This document shows, piece after piece, positions 1 to 13,141 of a stretch of 64,000 nucleotides of DNA. The notes under the pieces were generated by a model. That model was not told where the DNA came from and ran no database searches. It was given only the letters and a program-made list of their open reading frames with translations. This DNA comes from Octopus vulgaris (lineage: Eukaryota): positions 76,136,001 through 76,200,000 of the forward strand of contig OX597824.1 of assembly GCA_951406725.2 (NCBI GenBank), written 5' to 3'. The stretch's first letter is position 1. The number at the start of each line of letters is the position of its first letter. The position numbers were made by a program, and so were the translations under genes.

Positions 1-172
1 GGTATGCCCAGCCCTCCACGCAACGGTTGCTGACAGCAAATGGACCGTCTGACAAGCAGTACCTGTCCTTTCCACAGGAAGCGAAAGAGCAAACGCACCA
101 GTCTGTTCAGCCACGAAGCGGGGCAAAGGATGGCAGTCAGGCGGTAGTGTATGACGGATGCGATGTACGCAT
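1..172 (-). mobile_element. Tx1/L1-group non-LTR retrotransposon ORF2 fragment (post-RT region)
   Basis: Minus-strand translation AYIASVIHYRLTAILCPASWLNRLVRLLFRFLWKGQVLLVRRSICCQQPLRGGLGIP is paralogous to the Tx1-like copy at ~27360-27450 (IYYRLTVVP..VRRSICCQHPLNGGLGMP); GGLG.P is typical of L1/Tx1. Confidence 0.75.
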
Positions 173-465
173 CTGTCAAACTGATACAGTAAACTAACCC
201 TTGTACTTGACGAGCGTTCACTCCATCAATCCCAAAAGGATAAAAGGGAGAAAGTCAGTGATTTGAAGTCTGACCATAAAAAAGGGGCGCAACTAAACAG
301 ATCAACGCTATTTATTTCCTTATCGATTCACCATCGAGCGCTCTTCCAACAGAAGGCGGGGATCATTAGCACATGCAATATGATACCTTTGTATTATAGT
401 CATAAAGCCTGGAATTTTTATGGTTAGAGATAATAGTCAATTATATCGATATCAATATTCAACTA

Positions 466-1014
466 GTACTTATTTTATCGACACTGAAAGGGTAAGACGC
501 AAATTCGACCTCAGCTCTATTTGAACTCTTGCACGGAATTTGAAATCTGGCATGGAATTTGAAATCTGGCATGGAATTTGAACTCTGGCATGGAATTTGA
601 ACTCTGACATGGAATTTGAACTCTGACATGGAATTTGAACTCTGGCATGGAATTTGAACTCTGGCATGGAATTTGAACTCTGGCATGGGATTTGAAATCT
701 GGCATGGAATTTGAACTCTGGCATGGAATTTGAACTCTGGCATGGAATTTGAAATCTGGCATGGAATTTGAAATCTGGCATGGAATTTGAACTCTGACAT
801 GGGATTTGAAATCTGACATGGAATTTGAACTCTGGCATGGAATTTGAACTCTGGCATGGAATTTGAACTCTGACATGGAATTTGAAATCTGGCATGGAAT
901 TTGAAATCTGGCATGGAATTTGAACTCTGGCATGGAATTTGAACTCTGGCACGGAATTTGAACACTTTCACGACATTTGTCTGGAGTACTAACGATTCTG
1001 CCAGTTCGCCGCCT
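466..1014 (-). mobile_element. Degenerate tRNA-derived SINE (family A) split by a minisatellite
   Basis: 466-530 and 960-1014 match the reverse complement of the body and head of the SINE at 1217. Confidence 0.7.
520..963. repeat. 19-bp minisatellite (GGAATTTGAACTCTGGCAT)n, about 23 copies
   Basis: Direct 19-bp period with C/A and G/A variants; explains the repetitive ORFs at 459-1097. Confidence 0.95.
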
Positions 1015-1216
1015 GCATATACAGTATAACATAAATTGCAGTGAACAGTCATCAGTCGCGAATAGAAACCCGGATGCAAATTCACCGTGTGGTGCACCCG
1101 TTTCTCGAATAGGTCATCATCAGACAGGTTGTGGCGTAAATTGCGCCAGAACTTTCACGTACTCCTACTATGAGTGATAAAAATGGTATTTGTAGAGTAC
1201 GGTATTCATTCACTTT

Positions 1217-2370
1217 AAGGCGGCGAGCTGGCAGAAACGTTAGCACGCCGGACGAAATGCTTCGCGATATTTCGCCTGCCGCTACGTTCTGAGTTCAAAT
1301 TCCGCCGTGGTCGACTTTGCCTTTCATCCTTTCGGGGTCGATTAAATAAGTACCAGTTACGCACTGGGGTCGATATAATCGACTTAATCCGTTTATCTGT
1401 CCTTGTTTGTTCTCTCTGTGTTTAGCCCCTTGTGGGTAGTAAAGAAATAGGTATTTCGTCTGTTTTTACGTTCTGAGTTCAAATTCCACCGAGGTCGACT
1501 TTGCCTTTCATCCTTTTGGGGTCAATAAATTAAGTACCATTTACGCACTGGGGTCGATATAATCGACTTAATCCGTTTGTATGTCCTTGTTTGTCCTCTC
1601 TGTGTTTAGCCCCTTGTGGGTAGTAAAGAAATAGGTATTTCGTCTGCTTTTACGTTCTGAGTTCAAATTCCACCGAGGTCGACTTTGCCTTTCATCCTTT
1701 CGGGGTCGATTAAATAAGTACCATTTACACACTGGGGTCGATATAATCGACTTAATCCGTTTGTCTGTCCTTGTTTGTCCTCTCTGTGTTTAGCCCCTTG
1801 TGGGTAGTAAAGAAATAGGTATTTCGTCTGTTTTTACGTTCTGAGTTCAAATTCCACCGAGGTCGACTTTGCCTTTCATCCTTTCGGGGTCGATTAAATA
1901 AGTACCAGTTACGCACTGGGGTCGATATAATCGAATTAATCCGTTTGTCTGTCCTTGTTTGTTCTCTCTGTGTTTAACCCCTTGTGGGTAGTAAAGAAAT
2001 AGGTATTTCGTCTGTTTTTACGTTCTGAGTTCAAATTCCACCGAGGTCGACTTTGCCTTTCATCCTTTCGGGGTCGATTAAATAAGTACCATTTACACAC
2101 TGGGGTCGATATAATCGACTTGGTCCGTTTGTCTGTCCTTGTTTGTCCTCTCTGTGTTTAGCCCCTTGTGGGTAGTAAAGAAATAGGTATTTCGTCTGTT
2201 TTTACGTTCTGAGTTCAAATTCCACCGAGGTCGACTTTGCCTTTCATCCTTTCGGGGTCGATTAAATAAGTACCAGTTACGCACTGGGGTCGATATAATC
2301 GAATTAATCCGTTTGTCTGTCCTTGTTTGTTCTCTGTGTGTTTAACCCCTTGTGGGTAGTAAAGAAATAG
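1217..2370 (+). mobile_element. SINE family A: one head plus six tandem 184-bp body/tail units
   Basis: Head GGCGGCGAGCTGGCAGAAACG; B-box-like GAGTTCAAAT at 1291, 1475, 1659, 1843, 2027 and 2211 (period 184). Core GTCGACTTTGCCTTTCATCCTTTCGGGGTCGAT..AAGTACCAG resembles the Meta-SINE domain (from memory). TSD TATTCATTCACT at 1203-1214 and 2372-2383. Confidence 0.85.
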
Positions 2371-3339
2371 ATATTCATTCACTGTTTATAGTGCTTATAG
2401 TGTCTCGTCCCACTTTTCCATTGTAAACTTATTAGACTTTAGCGTACCCCGCTGTTGTTATTAATAATTTCATCACTGTTAGCAAATAGTAACACTTCCA
2501 CTGGTTCAACAACCATTTAGTTCGACCTTATCTTTCATCAATCCGAAACCAATTGAAAACCAAACAAAACAAAAGAAAAAGCAATAAACAAAAAGTCAAG
2601 TACTTGTATCGATTTTGATCGTCTATAAAGCTGTCTCACAAATCATGCCTTGTCCTTGTCTTAGAAATCATTATAATCCTGAATGATTGTCAATTTTTGT
2701 TGTGCGTATCGATCACAAATAACTTTATAGTGTTGAGACTCTTTGTGTTTGTAACTAAAATTGCTAAGTTGAATAAGATCAGTTCATTACGCCAGCAGAA
2801 AAACTTGAGTAAGAAACGAACGAAAAAAAACACACAAACAAAATGCCTACAAAAAACAAAACAAAACAACGAAATCAAAACTTGCAGTGTTTTGTTGAAC
2901 CATCGACTGTCCTTATCGTTTATTAGTTGTCATTGAAGGAGCGATAATTAATAAAGAGAATTGCCTATTTACATACATTGATTATTGACAAAATCTATTG
3001 AAAATCAATCCTATAATTTGGATTATTCGAAACGACAGGACAGAAACTATTGTCCACTGGTTCAACAACCATTTAGTTCGACCTTATCTTTCATCACCGA
3101 ACTCAATAACTATAAGATATGTACTGATAAAAGGAAAATTATCCAGATTAATTATTATTTTTTAATCTTGTTTTTGTCATTAGACTGCAGTCAGAGTTTA
3201 ATCGAACAAACTGAGTCACCCGCACTTATATTTTTCTTGTTCTATCGAAAACTTTTTGCTGAACCGCTAAGTTACAGTGACATAAAGAAACCAACACCGG
3301 CTGTCAAGTGATAGTGAAAGATAAACACAAAAGATATGC

Positions 3340-3380
<41 letters not shown>

Positions 3381-3599
3381 TCAATATAAGGGTAGCAAAA
3401 AATTCAATAGAAATTTTTATCGCCACCAGCGGTCCAGTGAGAAAGAGAAAATAGTCACAGACTATATATATAATTTCAACAATATTAAGGAATGGCCCTG
3501 ATAGGCCATTCGACTCACTAGAAAGAGCAGCCAAGACTCAAACCGCTAAATAGTAGTAATTCAGAAATCAAAGGAAAATTAAAACATTTACCCTAATCA

Positions 3600-3707
3600 T
3601 CCTTGGACAATGCATTGTTTCGACGTACTTTTTGGCAGACTAGCCTAATTAAATTAAATTTAATTTAATCAAGTCAATCTACCACTGGCTTGTCTCATCG
3701 GCAAGGA
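3600..3707 (-). ncRNA. Second, inverted copy of the same hammerhead fold
   Basis: Essentially the reverse complement of 4175-4282, including the CCGAUGA variant. Confidence 0.75.
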
Positions 3708-4174
3708 GGTCAGGAGGAATAAATATTCCACGAGGCAGCTTCATCGATGCTTCGGGAATATATACTCTAAATTTTCAAAATCTACCGTAATCGCGCCAAC
3801 GTATCAGCAGCAATTTTGAATTACTACTATTTCTGAATTACTACTATTTAGCGGTTTGAGTCTTGGCTGCTCTTTCTAGTGAGTCGAATGGCATATCAGG
3901 GCCATTCCTTAATATTGTTGAAATTATATATATATAGTCTGTGACAATTTTCTCTTTCTCACTGGACAGCTGGTGGCGATAAAAATTTCTATTGAATTTT
4001 TTGCTATCCTTATTTTGATTAATTAATGATTTTTTGACTAATTCTGAAATTAAATCAGCAGTTTATATTTGCTGCTGATAAGTTGGCGCGATTACGGTAG
4101 ATTTTGAAAATTTAGAGTATATATTCCCGAAGCATCGATGAAGCTGCCTCGTGGAATATTTATTCCTCCTGGCC

Positions 4175-4282
4175 TCCTTGCCGATGAGACAAGCCAGTGG
4201 TAGATTGACTTGATTAAATTTAATTTAATTTAATTAGGCTAGTCTGCCAAAAAGTACGTCGAAACAATGCATTGTCCAAGGA
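4175..4282 (+). ncRNA. Type I hammerhead ribozyme fold, core variant CCGAUGA, extended stem II
   Basis: Stem I TCCTTG (4175-80) pairs with CAAGGA (4277-82); core CCGATGA 4181-87; stem II closes GAC..GTC; GAAA 4261-64; stem III ACAA-TGCA-TTGT; GUC cleavage triplet 4274-76. Confidence 0.75.
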
Positions 4283-5485
4283 TGATTAGGGTAAATGTTT
4301 TAATTTCCTTTGATTTCTGAATTACTACTATTTAGCGGTTTGAGTCTTGGCTGCTCTTTCTAGTGAGTCGAATGGCCTATCAGGGCCATTCCTTAATATT
4401 GTTGAAATTATATATATATATATATATTATATATATAAACATACATAGGACGGGCTTCTTTCAGTTTTCGTCTGTCAAAGCTTTAATCGGCTCGAGGTTA
4501 TAATAGAAGATACCTGTCCAAGTTCACCCGCAGCGGAATTGAGACCGTGACCATGTGGTTGGGAAGCAACATTCTTACCCCATAGCTACACCTCTATTTT
4601 CTGAAATTTAGTCTTTTGTGGTTTAGCCCCAGGTCAGCCTTAACTCAGCGGCCAATGATCAAAAGTATTCCAGCCAGCTACGAGCGTGTTATCATATTTC
4701 CTCACAAATTGTATGTAGAACTGCGTCATCCAATCTGACTTTCTGCACAGATGCTTCGTTATATTCTTGCTGTTATTATTTTTTTAACCTTAGGTTAATC
4801 CTAATCAAGCACAGTTGTGATCAAATGCAATCTGGATGCAACCATCCCGTCTTTTCACACGGTTTATAACATAAAAAAGAATTTTTTTTAAAGATTAGAT
4901 TTCATTTGACACAGATTTAGTTACTATTTCTAACATAACACATGGCCGTATATAGAAACCCTCGCATCTCATTGGCTCCGTTGTATCTAAATATTTTGTC
5001 GACACTGATTTGGCCGACGCCATATTTGCTGTTGATAACTGACTTCTTAGATTAAAAGGATGGAAGCTTCTTCATGAGTTGGATGTAAGTGCTGCAACAT
5101 CGATGGAAGAAGTGAGTGAATCGCAAGGGGTGGGATTATGTTGAAAAATAAAGTATCTTGGTCTACCTAAGAACTTTTCAGTCGACCCTCGTATAAGGCC
5201 TAGAATCTGAATAAGAAATGAAACAAGAATAACAAAGAATAACAAAGGATTTCACTTGTGTGCAGGGAGCATTAGTGTGGGATGTGTGGAGAGTCATGAG
5301 GGGGTGTGGGCGTTGAAATCCCCAAGTATGATGGCTTGAGAGAGAGGAGAAGCGAATAGAAGGTTTTACTGCAGTAAATTCGGTCAAACAGTTGAAGGGT
5401 TGTTGCCGGCGGTTTGAGGAGTTCCATCAGCAATAGAAGGAGCAGAGGCGATATGTATCTTTTATATATATATATACATTGCACA

Positions 5486-5782
5486 TTGGTTAGAGCGTCG
5501 AGCTTACGATCGTGAGGTAGTGAGTTCGATTCCCGGATTGTATTGCATGCTGTGTTCTTGAGCAAGACACTTTATTCTCCTGTTGCTCCAGTTCACTCAG
5601 CTGAAGAAATGAGTTGTGACGTCACTGGTGCCATGCTGTATCGGCCCCTTTGCCTTTCCCTTGGATAACATCGGTGGCGTAGAGAGGGGAGGCTGGTATG
5701 CATGGGTGACTGCTGGTCTTCCCCAAACAACCTTGCCCGGACTTGTGCCTCGGAGGGAAACTTTCTAGGTGCAATCCCACGG

Positions 5783-5787
<5 letters not shown>
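5486..5787 (+). mobile_element. tRNA-Arg(ACG)-like SINE (family C), 5' end slightly truncated
   Basis: TGGTTAGAGCGTCGAGCTTACGATCGTGAGG..GAGTTCGATTCCC head; close paralog at 57629-57940 on the minus strand. Confidence 0.75.
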
Positions 5788-5819
<32 letters not shown>

Positions 5820-6488
5820 TTACTTGGAAATGGATGCGTTGCGTTCAGTCAAATAATAATATAAATAATATATATATATATATATTTATGCATATATACG
5901 CACACACATGTACATACATGCATATGTATATAGGTATGCATAAGGAGTAGCAGGACAGTCGACAACTGATGAAGGGTCGTTATTTATGTTACTTCTCTTG
6001 TTTTCCATTTCTTTCTCTCGTTCTTTGCGTACATAACGTTATCTTCGTACTTCATGTTGTTTGTTTTGTGACGTTCTGTACCCATATATGCATACTTATA
6101 TATATGCATATGTATGTATGTACATATATGTGTGTATATATGCATATATATATATGATATATATATTATATATCCCTATATAAATATACATATATATGTG
6201 TGTGTGTACATATATGTAGCGGAGGCATCTAACTAGGAGATGAAGAACTAATAGAAAAGCTTGAGATATAGAGTTCATTGAATTTGTGGCAAATTCTGCT
6301 GTCAGCAGTTGCAAAAAAAGTGACTGGTCCTATATAACCAATCTCTCTTGAAAAAATCTGTGAGTAGTTTAACGGCTGTAATATCAATTTTTTGACCCTC
6401 TTACATCGAAGCAGACAGAAGAATATATATATATGCGTGTGTATATATACCTGTGCATGTATGTAAGCGTGTATCTATGCAGATATGA

Positions 6489-6534
<46 letters not shown>

Positions 6535-7199
6535 CTACGCACACATACATACATATTTGTTTTCCATTCCAATAAAAAAGACACCATTTTCGTTTAGCGT
6601 GCAACTAAATTAAGCTGAATAATGTTTTTTTTTATTATTATGAACGAACAGTGGTAAAATAAAACGTTTCTCTTGCTGCGATGTAAATAATAAAACGAAA
6701 GAAACAAACAAAACACAGAGACAAAATAAAATAAACAAAAGAAAACAAAAAGAAAACAACAATAAGATGCAATAAAAAGAAAAACTATTCAGGAGGCCAA
6801 TAATTCCTGATACTTTGTCCAGTTTTCGATTCTAAATGTCTGAGATTTCAAATGTCACTGTATCAGTATCTTTTCACTTACATCAATGATTTTCGCTTAT
6901 TCAAACTGCTGTTTGGTTAGACGTTTCGATTTTTTTTTATCATCTTTACTAATTTTTTTTTTTATTGACAATTGGAGAAAATAGAACTGTGTTGTAGATA
7001 GAACAAAAAGAAAAAAAAAGAATGAAAAATCTGATTGAAATAAATACCTGCATTGGTTTCTTGATTCTTGATTGTGGATTCATCGATTGCGCTGGGAGGA
7101 ATGAATGAAATGACAAAAACAAAAAACAAAAGAGATAAAGAAAGAGAAATCAAGATATTTTGTAAAAATGCCAATATTTAACATTTTTAAATCACAAAT

Positions 7200-8480
<1,281 letters not shown>

Positions 8481-8629
8481 TTTAGAGATAGTATACCCCT
8501 ACTTCTCACCAAATAAAAAGAATTTTTATTTTTATTTTAAATACCTACTGTTTTATTCCTTGGCAACACGTGTTTCATGAGGTACATCCTCGGGTTCCTA
8601 AATCACTCCGTGTTTCCCTGGAACCCCTC

Positions 8630-11045
8630 TCAAAATGCCACAGTATTCGTTCACAGTATTTCAGTTGAAAAAACTCTCCTCTCAGACCACGACATGGTAC
8701 TCTTCAATTTTAATTCCCGACATATAAAAACCAAATCAGCCAATCTCACTCCATGGCACTCATTTGACAACATAAACTTCCACAAAGCGGACTGGGGAGC
8801 AATCAGAAAGGATCTGTCTTTCATCGACTGGTCTTTTACTCTCAATTCCACCCATATTGAGACCGCTTGGCAGCACTTTGAAAACATTGTCACCTATACA
8901 TACTCTAAACACGCTCCCACGAAATCTACTAGCACAAACAGAAACCGGCTCCATAAAAAGAAAAAAAAAACACTCAGCAGGCGCATCAAAAGACTCAACA
9001 AAAAAATCAACCAATTAAAATATTCCCACACACAACATCCACATTCAACAACAATGAAAAGGCTAGAGCTGGAAAAACTTCATCTGCAGACCGACATGAA
9101 AACCTCCATTGAAAATCAAAGAGCTGTGGAGGAACAGTGGGTAATCAAAAACATCAAACAGAACCCAAAAGTGTTCTATTATTATGCAAATAAGCATATA
9201 ACCACTGTCTCACCCATTGGGCCATTGGTTGATGATAACGGCATTCCCCAACACGATGCTAAAGAAATGGCAGAAATACTGCAGAAACAATACTTCTCTG
9301 TCTTTAGTGTTCCCACTGATATTGACGTAAGAGAAGCGAACGAAGTTGACTCCCAACATAAAATCTCAGACATAACCTTCACTGCCACTGACATCGTAGC
9401 AGCAATAAATGAGGTCAAATACTGCTCTGCTGTAGGCCCTGATAGATTCCCCGCTAGTCTCCTGAAGGAATGTAGACACCAACTTGCAGTCCCTCTGACC
9501 AACCTCTGAAGAAATTCGTTAGACGCAGGTTACATACCGAAACAGTTTCTATCCCAGTCAGTCATCCCGGTTTTCAAACAGGGAAACAGATCCCTCGCAG
9601 TCAACTATCGCCCAATCTCAATCACCTCCCACGTCATTAAAGTGTTTGAAAGAGTGTTAAGATCAAGGATAGCTGACTTCCTGGAGACCCACAAACTCCT
9701 AAATGCAAATCAGCATGGCTTTCGCTGTGGCAGGGACTGTCTAACACAGCTCTTACACCACATTGAAGATGTACTCAAAGCCTTGGGAACAGGTTCGAAC
9801 TCTGATGTCATATATCTTGACTTCAGTAAAGCGTTCGACAGGGTAGACTATAATATCCTACTCTCAAAATTGGCAAATGTTGGAATCCTTGGAAAAGTTC
9901 TACACTGGATTAAGTATTTCCTGACGAATAGAACACAACATGTTGTAGTTGATGGAGTCCACTCAAGCCCAGCAAAAGTCACCAGCGGTGTCTCCCAGGG
10001 GACTGTCTTGGGTCCGCTACTCTTCATAATTTACATAAACGACCTTTCCAGTGTCGTACATTACTGCAAAGTGAAAACATTTGCTGATGACACTAAGCTC
10101 CAGCAAATCGTCAATGAAGAAGCAGACCGCACTCAACTCCAGTCTGATCTATATGCTGTGAGTCAATGGGCAGACAGAAACAAAATGCAACTGAACGAGG
10201 GAAAATTTGAGCTGATGCATTTTGGAAGAAATTCCTCACTAAAACAGCCATACTCTCTTCCTTCCGGGGAACTGCTCACAGCCTCTAACAATATCAGAGA
10301 CCTGGGTGTAATTGTTGATGACGATCTCAGTTGGAGTGCACACATCAACAAGAAGGTCGATATAGCTCGTAGGATGAGTTCTTGGATCTTAAGAACTTTC
10401 CGGTCCAGAGAACAAGGTGTCATCATACCACTTTTCTCCTCCTTTGTACGGCCACACCTTGAATACTGCTGCCCACTGTGATCTCCCCATACAAGACAAA
10501 ACATCTCGAGGATTGAATCACCCCAGAGGGCACTCACTAAACGAATTGAAGGCATGGCTGCTCTCGATTATTGGGATCGCCTTAAAGCCTTGAAACTCTA
10601 CTCTCTCCAGCGTCGCCGTGAGTGGTACATCATTTGTACGATGTGGAGAATATACCGCCAACTTTGCCCAAACAACCTGAACATTAGCTTCAGGGTTCAT
10701 CCAAGACTGGGACCACGGGCCATACGTCCCCTGCCCAATTCAAGATCACAGCATACATGTACACTGCAACATAATTTCTTTTCCTCAACAGGCCCTGCCC
10801 TATTTAACATTGTTCCGAAAGAGATCAAAGAGGAAAAGGATCCCATCAACTTTAAACGGAGTCTGGATAGATTCCTTCAGTTAAGCCAACCATAATTGGA
10901 TACAACTCACCTAACAAAAACTCACTACTTGAATGGACCATAAACAAAACTTGACTTTAACAGGATTCGAATAATCCTATCAGGTGGTGCTATTAAGTTA
11001 GACATGGCCTGGACCAATCTTCGGTCGAAACATATCTAAGTTTTC
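8630..11045 (+). mobile_element. 5'-truncated CR1/L2-group (Jockey superfamily) LINE ORF2 (APE C-terminus plus RT), pseudogenised, with 3' UTR
   Basis: ORFs 8577-9509, 9642-10481 and 10554-10895 share one frame, broken only by TGA stops. Motifs: SDHDMV (end of APE), GPD, NYRPISITS, QHGFR, YLDFSKAFDRV, GVSQGTVLGPLLF, FADDTK, RPHLEYCCPL(W)SP, LYSLQRRR. Confidence 0.93.
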
Positions 11046-11115
11046 TATATATATATATATAAATACACACATATATATATACATGTATATTTATCTATAT
11101 ATGCATTGTATATGT

Positions 11116-11163
<48 letters not shown>

Positions 11164-11220
11164 TTTTTTTTTTTATTCTTTTACTTGCTTCTGTCATTTG
11201 AATGTGGCCATGCTGGAGCT

Positions 11221-11304
<84 letters not shown>

Positions 11305-11403
11305 CATATAAAGGCGGTGTTCCACCATGACCACAGTCAAATGACTGAAACAAGTAAAAGAATAAAAGAATAGATATATAATTATATACATGTTTATATA
11401 ATG

Positions 11404-11470
<67 letters not shown>

Positions 11471-11834
11471 ATATATACATACATGCATACACACACACGC
11501 ATACATATATATATATACACAAATATATTAATACATATATACATGCATCCAGACACAAAGACAAAATTGTACGCTGAAACAATCAATGCTGTTCCTTTCT
11601 AAAATACGAAAACATACATAACAGTTGAACTGAACACAGGATACAAGCAATTAACCAATCGTAACAGACCACTTCTAATGTTATATCTTAGCGTCTACTT
11701 AATTATTGGATTGTAACATCGTCTGGTTTTTTTGTCCTTTTCATCTCTACGTTCTTTAAAACTCATAATGGATGCCGAGCGTAAAATACAAATTAACACC
11801 TACGCCATTTTGTCCACTCATATATGTAAGTTAG

Positions 11835-11868
<34 letters not shown>

Positions 11869-12166
11869 TGTATGTATGTATGTATGTATGTATGTATGTA
11901 TGTATGTATGTATGTGTGTGTGTATGTATTTATGTATGTATGTATGCGTGTATATATGTATTTATACATGTATGCATGTAGGTTGGTAGGTAAGTAGAAA
12001 CAGACGCATCTATATATATTTACATCTATATACACACTCATATACGTACATACATACATGCATACATACATAATACATGCATACAAACATACATACATAC
12101 ATACATACATACATGAATACATACATATATATATAAATACACAGACATGTATATATGTATATATAT

Positions 12167-12224
<58 letters not shown>

Positions 12225-12573
12225 TTATATATATATGTAATATGTATATATATGTATATATATATATATATATATTCGTGTAAATATATATATGTATATA
12301 TATATGTATGTATGTATGTATGTATGCATGTATGTATGTATATATATATATGTACTGTGCACGTGACAAAAGATAGACTACTTATTACTCACCTGTGTAA
12401 AGAGTGTGTTATAATGGTGTGTTGGTGAACCTGATTATGTTTCCGTGTCTAGCGTCATCGTTGCGTTTATGTAGTCAAACATAGTTGTCGGTGTGCTCGA
12501 AATAAACATGTTTGAGAAATAATGGTGTGCTGAGCCGTGATACAGACGCTCAGTTCCTTCACAACAGTTCAGG

Positions 12574-12668
<95 letters not shown>

Positions 12669-12670
<2 letters not shown>

Positions 12671-13055
12671 GGTAAGTAGCTTGCTAACCAACCACATGGT
12701 TCCGGGTTCAGTCCCACTGCGTGGCATCTTGGGCAAGTGTCTTCTGCTATAGCCCCGGGCCGACCAATGCCTTGTGAGTGGATTTGGTAGACGGAAACTG
12801 AAAGAAGCCTGTCGTATATATGTGTATATATATATGTGTGCGTGTGTGTTTGTGTGTCTGTGTTTGTACCCCTAGCATTGCTTGACAACCGATGGTGGTA
12901 TGCTTACGTCCCTGTCACTTTGCGGTTCGGCAAAAAGAAACCGATAGAATAAGTACTGGGCTTACAAAGAATAAGTCCCGGGGTCGATTTGCTCGACTAA
13001 AGGCGGTACTCCAGCATGGCCGCAGTCAAATGACTGAAACAAGTAAAAGAGTAAA
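12669..13055 (+). mobile_element. SINE family D (CORE-like GTGGCA.CTTGGGCAAGTG segment, internal TA/TG tract, GACTGAAACAAGTAAAAGA tail)
   Basis: Multicopy in the window: 31682-32074, 35258-35655, 40958-41400, 50028-50442, with partial copies at 4445-4592(-), 22015-22136, 24575-24720(-), 42985-43145(-) and 56720-56826(-). Confidence 0.8.
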
Positions 13056-13061
13056 GAGAGA

Positions 13062-13141
<80 letters not shown>

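Larger units (their letters stand above)
3377..4410. mobile_element. Penelope-pLTR/retrozyme-like non-coding element, inverted plus partial-tandem copies of a 484-bp unit, between (TA)n tracts
   Basis: The 3831-3930 segment recurs at 4315-4410 (period 484). 3377-3812 is the reverse complement of a circularly permuted part of the same unit. It contains two hammerhead folds. Confidence 0.7.

Noticed and set aside
520-963. CRISPR-like appearance of the short repeats (also 63040-63318 and the 108-bp array)
   Set aside because: No unique spacers, no cas genes, and eukaryotic context.
459-1097. Long repetitive ORFs (MPEFKFHARVQIPCQ..)
   Set aside because: All three minus frames are open simply because the 19-bp unit lacks stop codons.
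1090-1130. Minus-strand CTGATGA..GAAAC
   Set aside because: Stems I and II do not pair.
5960-6000. CTGATGA in a TA-flanked segment (also CTGAGGA at ~45953)
   Set aside because: No correctly placed GAAA and stems; at most a decayed relic.
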